The position numbers and the translations under genes were made by a program. From contig OZ255842.1 in NCBI GenBank assembly GCA_965277805.1, forward strand, positions 3,936,001-4,000,000: a stretch of 64,000 bases of DNA. The letters run 5' to 3'. Position 1 is the stretch's first letter. Each line of letters starts with the position of its first letter. Shown in pieces: positions 57,735-64,000 of this stretch. A model generated the notes under the pieces. That model had not been told where the DNA came from. It searched no databases and worked only from the letters and a program-made list of their open reading frames with translations. The DNA comes from Candidatus Lustribacter sp. (GTDB taxonomy: Bacteria; Vulcanimicrobiota; Vulcanimicrobiia; Vulcanimicrobiales; Vulcanimicrobiaceae).

Positions 57735-59994
57735 CGTTGCTCCTTGTGGATTGCAGCGCGTTGAAGATGCGCTCGGAAGTAATCGGGAATTCGCCCAGCC
57801 GCACGCCGACCGCGTTGTGAATCGCGTTCATTAGCGCCGGTGCCACGCCGCTGTTGCTGAGTTCGCCGGCCATCTTGGCACCGTAGGGTCCTTGGCCTTC
57901 GGCGGGTACGTGGATCGTCCGGAACGGCGGCGGCAGATCGTTGATCGTCGGCAGTTTGTACTCGCCGAGGCTCAGCGTCGTGATCTTGCCGCTCTCGTCC
58001 TCGGGCATTTCTTCCATCGTTGCACCGCCGAGGCCGTAGATGAATCCGCCGTCGATCTGCCCTTGATGGCCGATCGGGTTGATGATCTGGCCGACGTCGG
58101 TGATGAAGAGCGTATCGACGATTTCGAACGCCCCGGTTTCTTTATCGACGGCGACGTCGAGCGCGTAGCACGAAAAGGTGTAGTCGGCGGGATGGTCGCC
58201 CTCGTGAGAACCGTCGTAGCCGCCTTCAACCTCGAGCGGTCCTTGCGCGCACGCCTGTGCCGTAATGTTTTCGAACGAAAGCCGCATGCCGTGCGTGTCG
58301 ACGAAGGCGCCGTCTTCGAAGGCGGTGCCGGTACGTGCGGCGAGCTCTTCCACGATCATGTGGGCGGTAACGATGGCGCTCTGACCGACGATGTGCGTCA
58401 CGCGGCTCGCGCCGGTGCCGGGATCCTTCGCCGCTTCGTTCGTATTGCCGCGGCGCACCGCGATTTTCTCCGGAGCAATGCCGAGAATGCCGGCCATGAT
58501 GCGGCGCACCACGGTGAAACCGCCGGAGCCCTGATCCGGAGCGCCGACGATTACCTCGACCGCACCCGACGGCTTTACCGATGCTTTGATCGACGTCTTG
58601 CCGCCGCCGGTATGGCGGCAAACGAGCGCGACGCCGCGGCCGGCGCCGGCGGGCGGCGGTCCCTGTTTGGCAAGTTCGCGGGTGAGCGTCTGCAGCACGG
58701 CGCGGCCGGCGGGTTTATACATCGACTCATCGGTGATCGCGTGATCGCCCTCATCGACGACGTTGCGCAGACGCAGGGCGATCGAGTCCATGCCGAGGGC
58801 CTGCGCGATCTCTTCGACGTGCTGTTCCCATGCCCAGAAGATCTGCACGTCGGACGGCGCGCGCATGTGCGCCCCCGGCGGCGTGTTCGTATACACGACG
58901 TCGATGTCCAAGCGCACGTTGGGAATGCGGTAACCGACGGTGGAGTAGCCGATTTGTCCGGGCGTGAGCAGATTGCCCGGCTTGCCGCCGCCATAGGCAC
59001 CGCCGTTGAACGTCACCTGCGAGTGATGTGCGAGAAACGTCCCATCGCGATCGACGGCCGTGCGGAGCGTCAAGTGCGCCGGGTGACGAACCGTGCCGCT
59101 TTGGAGCTCGTCAACATACGTTGCCACCGATCGCACGGGACGGCCGGTTGCGCGCGCCAAGAAGTAGCACGGGAACTCGTCCATCGTGAGCCCCTTGCCG
59201 CCGAAGTCGCCGCCGATGAAGGTCGACTCGACGACGATCTTATTGCTCGGCGTGCCGCTGATCGCGGCCATGAAATCGCGCATCTTGAACGGCGATTTGT
59301 TTGGGCTCACCACGTGGATCGTGCCGTCGTCGTCGATCCATACCAGCGTCGACTTCGGCTCGATGTAGCCGCAGTGCTGGCGCGGCGTCGAGTACGTGTG
59401 TTCGAACACGCGATACGCGCGCGCAAAGATCGCCTCCAGTTCGGCATCCGTGCCCTTGCGCACGACGTTACCGCCTTGCTGATTGGGGTGGCGCCGAGCC
59501 GGGCGCACGTTCGAACCAAACGCGTAGGACTCGACGTTCGGATGCAGCACCGGCGCATCCGGATCGAGCGCGCGGAGCGGATCGAGCAGGGTCGGCAGCT
59601 CTTCATACTCGACCTCGATCAGGCGCGCCGCTTCTTGCGCTGCTTCGCGCGTCTCGGCGGCGATCGCCGCTACCCGGTCGCCGATATACACGACCTTCTC
59701 GTACGCGAGCACCGACCAGTCGCGGATCATCCGGCCGTGGCGCACGTCGCCGATATCGGCGCCGGTCAGCACGGCCCGAACACCGGGCACTTCTTTTGCG
59801 GCAGCCGTGTCGATGCTGATGATCTTCGCGTGAGCGAACGGGCTCGTCGCGAACGCCGCCCAGAGGCAATTCGGCCGCCGCACGTCGGCCGTGTATTTCG
59901 CCTCGCCGCTGACCTTGTCGCGTCCTTCGACGCGAATGTCGTCGGTCTTGAAGATCTCGATCGCCGATGACCGTTCGAGTTGCTTGACGCTCAT
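57715..59994 (-). CDS. Xanthine dehydrogenase-family molybdopterin-binding subunit
   Basis: KVSGEAKYTAD, GGDFGGK, MRAP, GQIDGG, AKMAGE. Confidence 0.93.
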   Translation of the reverse strand: MSVKQLERSSAIEIFKTDDIRVEGRDKVSGEAKYTADVRRPNCLWAAFATSPFAHAKIISIDTAAAKEVPGVRAVLTGADIGDVRHGRMIRDWSVLAYEKVVYIGDRVAAIAAETREAAQEAARLIEVEYEELPTLLDPLRALDPDAPVLHPNVESYAFGSNVRPARRHPNQQGGNVVRKGTDAELEAIFARAYRVFEHTYSTPRQHCGYIEPKSTLVWIDDDGTIHVVSPNKSPFKMRDFMAAISGTPSNKIVVESTFIGGDFGGKGLTMDEFPCYFLARATGRPVRSVATYVDELQSGTVRHPAHLTLRTAVDRDGTFLAHHSQVTFNGGAYGGGKPGNLLTPGQIGYSTVGYRIPNVRLDIDVVYTNTPPGAHMRAPSDVQIFWAWEQHVEEIAQALGMDSIALRLRNVVDEGDHAITDESMYKPAGRAVLQTLTRELAKQGPPPAGAGRGVALVCRHTGGGKTSIKASVKPSGAVEVIVGAPDQGSGGFTVVRRIMAGILGIAPEKIAVRRGNTNEAAKDPGTGASRVTHIVGQSAIVTAHMIVEELAARTGTAFEDGAFVDTHGMRLSFENITAQACAQGPLEVEGGYDGSHEGDHPADYTFSCYALDVAVDKETGAFEIVDTLFITDVGQIINPIGHQGQIDGGFIYGLGGATMEEMPEDESGKITTLSLGEYKLPTINDLPPPFRTIHVPAEGQGPYGAKMAGELSNSGVAPALMNAIHNAVGVRLGEFPITSERIFNALQSTRSNDDRSFA

Positions 59995-62900
59995 TGTGCC
60001 AATACCGCCGTTCCATTCCAAGCTGCCAGCGCTTCGCCGAGCTTCGCAGCGTCTGCACCGTAATCACGAATCGCGGCCTCGCGCGAAACATATCCGTCGA
60101 GAACGTCGGAGAGTATCGCGTCGAACGGCCGCTCGGCTGGGACTCCCAGTCCGCCGCCTCCGGCGCGCTGCATGCGCAAAAGATCGCCGCGCATCATGCG
60201 CACGCCGCTAAAGCGGCTCGGCAACTGCTTTTCGCTCGCGGTACCGGGATTGATCGTCAACGAACCCAGCGCGCCCGGCTTTCCGCCGCCGGTTCCGGCC
60301 GGCGGCACCGTGTGCTTTCCGCCGCGGCACGTGAGCTGTGCATCGTCGACGAGCACTTCCCAAACCCGGCGCGGCGAGAGGCCGCCGCGATAGCGGCCCG
60401 GACCGGCGGAATCACGGATCAGCTCGAACCGTCGCACGCGCGTCGGGAACTCGCTTTCGAGCACTTCGATCGATGCGGTGCGCGTGTTGGAGAGCAGCAC
60501 CGAGATCCCGCTCACGCCGTCCGAGGTGGCGCGTCCGCCGTACGCGGAGCCCATCGGTTCGTACTGCACGAACGACTCGCCCGAGGGTGCGCGCCCGGTA
60601 ATCGAAATTCCGCCGACGCCGCCGTTGCCCGCCATCCGCCGAGTTGGAACGAATTCGCTCAGCGCATTCAGCATCGCCTCAACGATCGCGGTGCACGACG
60701 CCATGTAAGTGCAGCAGGGCGCGGGGAAATGGGGATCGAGCACGGACCCCTTGCGGAACATCGTCTCGACCACCCGCGCTACCCCGGCGTTGTTCGGGAG
60801 CGTCGGATCGATCATCGCGATGAGCGCATAGTAGCAGCAGCCGCGGGCGAGCGAGGGGCTGATGTTCACCGGGCCCTGCGCCTGATCGTTGGAATCGGTG
60901 AAGTCGAACGCGATGCGGTCGCCGCGCTTCTCGATCTTCACGTGGTAGCGGATCGGCCGGTCGAGCGTAACGCCATCGCTATCCACGTATGTTTCGGCTT
61001 CGTGCACGCCGTCGGGCCAGGTCGCCAGCACGGCGCGAATGCGACGTTCGGTGACGTCTTGCAATAGCGCGAACGTCTCGAGCGCCGTTTCGATCCCATA
61101 GCGGGCGATGAGGTCGGCCAGGCGGCGCTCGCCCAGGCGTCCGACCCCGACTTGCCCGCGGATGTCGCCGATGACGAGATCCGGCGTGCGGCTGTTGGCG
61201 CGCAAGATCGCCTCGACGTCGCGCTGCGGCACGCCGCCGGCGATGAAGCGGATCGGCGGATACTGGATGCCTTCCTGAAAGAGTTCGCGCGCGCTGCCGT
61301 ACGAGGTGCCCGGCACCACTCCGCCGAGGTCGCTCTTATGCGCGATGCTGCCGCAGAACGCGATCAAGGCGCCGTCGTGAAAGACCGGCGTGACGACGGC
61401 CATGTCCATCGAGTGCGTGACGCCGGCAAGGTACGGATGGTTGGTGATGAAGGCGTCGCCGGGACGGATATCGTCGAAATCGCGCCGCACCGCGCGCACG
61501 ACTTCGGGCAGCGCGCTGATGTGTAACGGGAGCACGACGTTTTCGCCGACGACGTTGCCGACCGCATCGAGCAGCATGCAGCTCGCGTCCTGCGACTCGC
61601 GAATGATGGTCGAGTAACCCGTGCGGAAAATGCTGTCCTGCATCTCGCTGACGATACCTGAGAGCCGGCTCTGCACGACTTGAAACGTGACCGCGTCGAC
61701 GCTGCGCTTCGCGCCGAGCTCCGCCTTTTTCGCCGCGAGATCGACGATCTCGATTTGCCCGAGTTCGACGACCCGCGCGCGCTGGCCGGTTCCGACCACC
61801 GTCGTCGAGTCGTTCTGCAGCAGAATTGCCGGGCCGTCGATCTCGGCGTCCGGCGGCAGCTTCGTGCGATCGTACAATGCGGTCGTCACCGGTTGCTCGC
61901 CCTCGATGAACGTTTGCCGCGTGCCGAGCTGGGCGCCTTCTACGGAGCCGCCCGCAGCGAACGGCGATGAGATCGAAACGTGCGGCACCGCGGCTACCGC
62001 CGTCAAACGATAATTGACGATCTCGACGTGTTCGTCGGGCGCGGAGTGCCCCGTGAGTTGCGCGTGCTGCGCATCGAAGCGGTCGCGCACATCACGCATG
62101 GCAGCCGCATCGCGCGGCACGTCATCGAGCGCTACGGTGAGATCGTAGCCCTGGCCGACGTAACGCAAGTCGAACGCGTATTCAAAACGGAGGGAGGCGG
62201 GAGCGAAGCCTTGCGCGATCAATTCGCCCTCGCCTTGCGCCCGCAGCCGCCCGAAGATTTCGGCGACCGGCCCGAGTTCCGTAGCTTCGATGCCGGAGAG
62301 CTTCGAGACGACGTAATCGTGCCGCACGTCCGAGAGCAAGAGCCCGAGCGCGCTCGTCACACCGGGAAACGCGGGCACGAGCACGCCGCGCATGCCGAGT
62401 TCTTGTGCCATCTTCGCCGCGTGAATCGCACCCGCTCCGCCGAAAGCCAGCAAGTGAAAATCGCGCAGATCGTAGCCGCGGTTGGACGAGACGACCTTGA
62501 TCGCTTCCTGCATCTTCACGCTGACGATCTCGACGATGCCGCGCGCTGCCGCGATGACGGAGATGCCGAGCGGTTCGGCAATGCGTTCGCGAATCGCCTT
62601 CTCAGCGGCCGCGCGGTCGAGCCGCAGCGTGCCGCCGGCGAGCGGACTCTCTTCCGAGAGCGCGCCGAGCACGACGTTCGCATCGGTAATTGTCGGCTCC
62701 ATACCGCCCTTGCCGTAACACACCGGTCCCGGATTCGCGCCCGCGCTCTTTGGACCGACTTGCAAGACGCCGGCCGTATCGATCCACGCGATCGTCCCGC
62801 CTCCGGCGGCGACGGTATGGATGTCGAGCATCGCCACTTGCACGTCCCGGCCGTGCACTTTGCCGCCGCTGCGGCGCACCGGCCGGCCGTTCTCGATCAG

Positions 62901-63809
62901 CGCCACGTCGGTGCTCGTGCCGCCCATGTCGAAGGTTACGACGTTGGGAAAGTCTTTGCTGCCGCTCACGAGCCGCGCCGATGCCACGACGCCGGCCGCG
63001 GGACCGCTCAAAATCGTCTGTACGCTGCGCCGCGCCGCTGCTTCGAACGTTGCGACGCCGCCGTTTGAGCGCATGATGTAGCGCTGACGCTCGCCGCAGC
63101 GCTCGGCACTGAGCCGCCGATCGAGTTCCTCGATATAGTGTTCGAGCTTCGGATTGAGATATGCGTTCACGACCGTGCTCGAGAGCCGGTAGTATTCGCG
63201 AATTTGCGGCGATACGTCGCTCGAGAGCGACACGTTGACGCCCGGTGCTTCGCGGGCGATCAATTGCCCCACGCGCCGCTCGTGCGCCGGATTGCGGAAC
63301 GAGAACAACAGCGCTACCGCGATCGACGTTACGCCATGGCGCACGAGCGTACGGATGGCCTCGACCGTCGCTGCCTCGTCGAGTTCTTCGAGCACCGAGC
63401 CGTCGAAGAGCAGTCGCTCGGGGATCTCTTCGGTCAGGCGCGCCGGAATCAGCGCGTGCGGCTTTTCGAAAAATAGATCGTACGTTGTCGCGCCGTATGG
63501 GCGGCTCTGTTCGCCGACTTCATAGATGCCGCGGAACCCGGCGGTAACGAGCAAACCGGTTTTCGCGCCGTTCTCCTCGAGCATCGCGTTCGTGCCGACG
63601 GTCGTACCGTGCGAAAAGTACACGACCTCGTCCCCACCGGCGCCGGAGCGCCCGAGGTAGGCGCGAAGGCCGTTGACGATACCGTCGGCCTCGGATCCGC
63701 GTGTCGAGGGCACTTTGAACACATCGAACGTGCCGCTGCTCTCATCGAGCACGACGAAATCGGTAAATGTGCCGCCGGTATCGACGGCGACGCGGAGACG
63801 CTTTTCCAC
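59991..63809 (-). CDS. Fused hydantoinase/5-oxoprolinase A+B subunits
   Basis: DTGGTFTD, DMGGTSTD, SAGANPGP (A part); STIIRESQD, NHPY, HKSDLGG, GGGGLG (B part). Confidence 0.93.
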   Translation of the reverse strand: MEKRLRVAVDTGGTFTDFVVLDESSGTFDVFKVPSTRGSEADGIVNGLRAYLGRSGAGGDEVVYFSHGTTVGTNAMLEENGAKTGLLVTAGFRGIYEVGEQSRPYGATTYDLFFEKPHALIPARLTEEIPERLLFDGSVLEELDEAATVEAIRTLVRHGVTSIAVALLFSFRNPAHERRVGQLIAREAPGVNVSLSSDVSPQIREYYRLSSTVVNAYLNPKLEHYIEELDRRLSAERCGERQRYIMRSNGGVATFEAAARRSVQTILSGPAAGVVASARLVSGSKDFPNVVTFDMGGTSTDVALIENGRPVRRSGGKVHGRDVQVAMLDIHTVAAGGGTIAWIDTAGVLQVGPKSAGANPGPVCYGKGGMEPTITDANVVLGALSEESPLAGGTLRLDRAAAEKAIRERIAEPLGISVIAAARGIVEIVSVKMQEAIKVVSSNRGYDLRDFHLLAFGGAGAIHAAKMAQELGMRGVLVPAFPGVTSALGLLLSDVRHDYVVSKLSGIEATELGPVAEIFGRLRAQGEGELIAQGFAPASLRFEYAFDLRYVGQGYDLTVALDDVPRDAAAMRDVRDRFDAQHAQLTGHSAPDEHVEIVNYRLTAVAAVPHVSISSPFAAGGSVEGAQLGTRQTFIEGEQPVTTALYDRTKLPPDAEIDGPAILLQNDSTTVVGTGQRARVVELGQIEIVDLAAKKAELGAKRSVDAVTFQVVQSRLSGIVSEMQDSIFRTGYSTIIRESQDASCMLLDAVGNVVGENVVLPLHISALPEVVRAVRRDFDDIRPGDAFITNHPYLAGVTHSMDMAVVTPVFHDGALIAFCGSIAHKSDLGGVVPGTSYGSARELFQEGIQYPPIRFIAGGVPQRDVEAILRANSRTPDLVIGDIRGQVGVGRLGERRLADLIARYGIETALETFALLQDVTERRIRAVLATWPDGVHEAETYVDSDGVTLDRPIRYHVKIEKRGDRIAFDFTDSNDQAQGPVNISPSLARGCCYYALIAMIDPTLPNNAGVARVVETMFRKGSVLDPHFPAPCCTYMASCTAIVEAMLNALSEFVPTRRMAGNGGVGGISITGRAPSGESFVQYEPMGSAYGGRATSDGVSGISVLLSNTRTASIEVLESEFPTRVRRFELIRDSAGPGRYRGGLSPRRVWEVLVDDAQLTCRGGKHTVPPAGTGGGKPGALGSLTINPGTASEKQLPSRFSGVRMMRGDLLRMQRAGGGGLGVPAERPFDAILSDVLDGYVSREAAIRDYGADAAKLGEALAAWNGTAVLAQ

Positions 63810-63887
63810 CTCCTTACTATAGTCTGCGCCGGTACCGGGGAGCGATGATCCCAGGCGACGTATTCCATGACGCGGAGGCTATGGGTC

Positions 63888-64000
63888 ATGGAGCTTCTTC
63901 AGCTAGAGTATTTTTGCACGCTCGGCCGCGTGCAGCACGTCACCCGCGCTGCCGAGCGAATCGGCATTGCGCAGCCGACGCTCAGCCGGGCGATCGCTCG
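63888..64000 (+). CDS. LysR-family transcriptional regulator (5' part only)
   Basis: Not in ORF track; MELLQLEYFCTLGRVQHVTRAAERIGIAQPTLSRAIA HTH after GGAGG; divergent from the catabolic operon. Confidence 0.9.
   Translation, partial: MELLQLEYFCTLGRVQHVTRAAERIGIAQPTLSRAIA

Noticed and set aside
57715-59994. Aerobic CO dehydrogenase large subunit
   Set aside because: No AYxCSFR or AYRGAGR active-site loop (reads AHMRAPS) and no coxM/coxS.

Overview
A 64-kb GC-rich chromosomal window from a diderm bacterium (lpxD and an outer-membrane barrel are present). Gene content suggests a Terrabacteria soil lineage such as Ca. Eremiobacterota, but this is inference only. In order along the window: a circularly permuted ATP-grasp / alpha-E / transglutaminase module interrupted by a Crp gene; glf; a cNMP-binding protein and a divergent class III cyclase-like protein; groES-groEL with two CIRCE elements; alr; a membrane GGDEF protein; a Rieske oxygenase with its Rieske cluster deleted in frame; a split his cluster coupled to citrate synthase; a six-gene uncharacterised synthase-type exopolysaccharide locus; a dcw cluster (mraZ to ddl) with a CofE-like ligase embedded between murF and mraY; Tat-exported quercetinase-like and esterase genes; lpxD; and a LysR-linked catabolic operon for an unknown substrate. 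The strongest candidates for new biology are the dcw-embedded CofE-like ligase (possible peptidoglycan modification) and the polysaccharide locus. No rRNA, tRNA, CRISPR array or transposase was recognised. All family calls come from reading motifs by eye; no database search was run.
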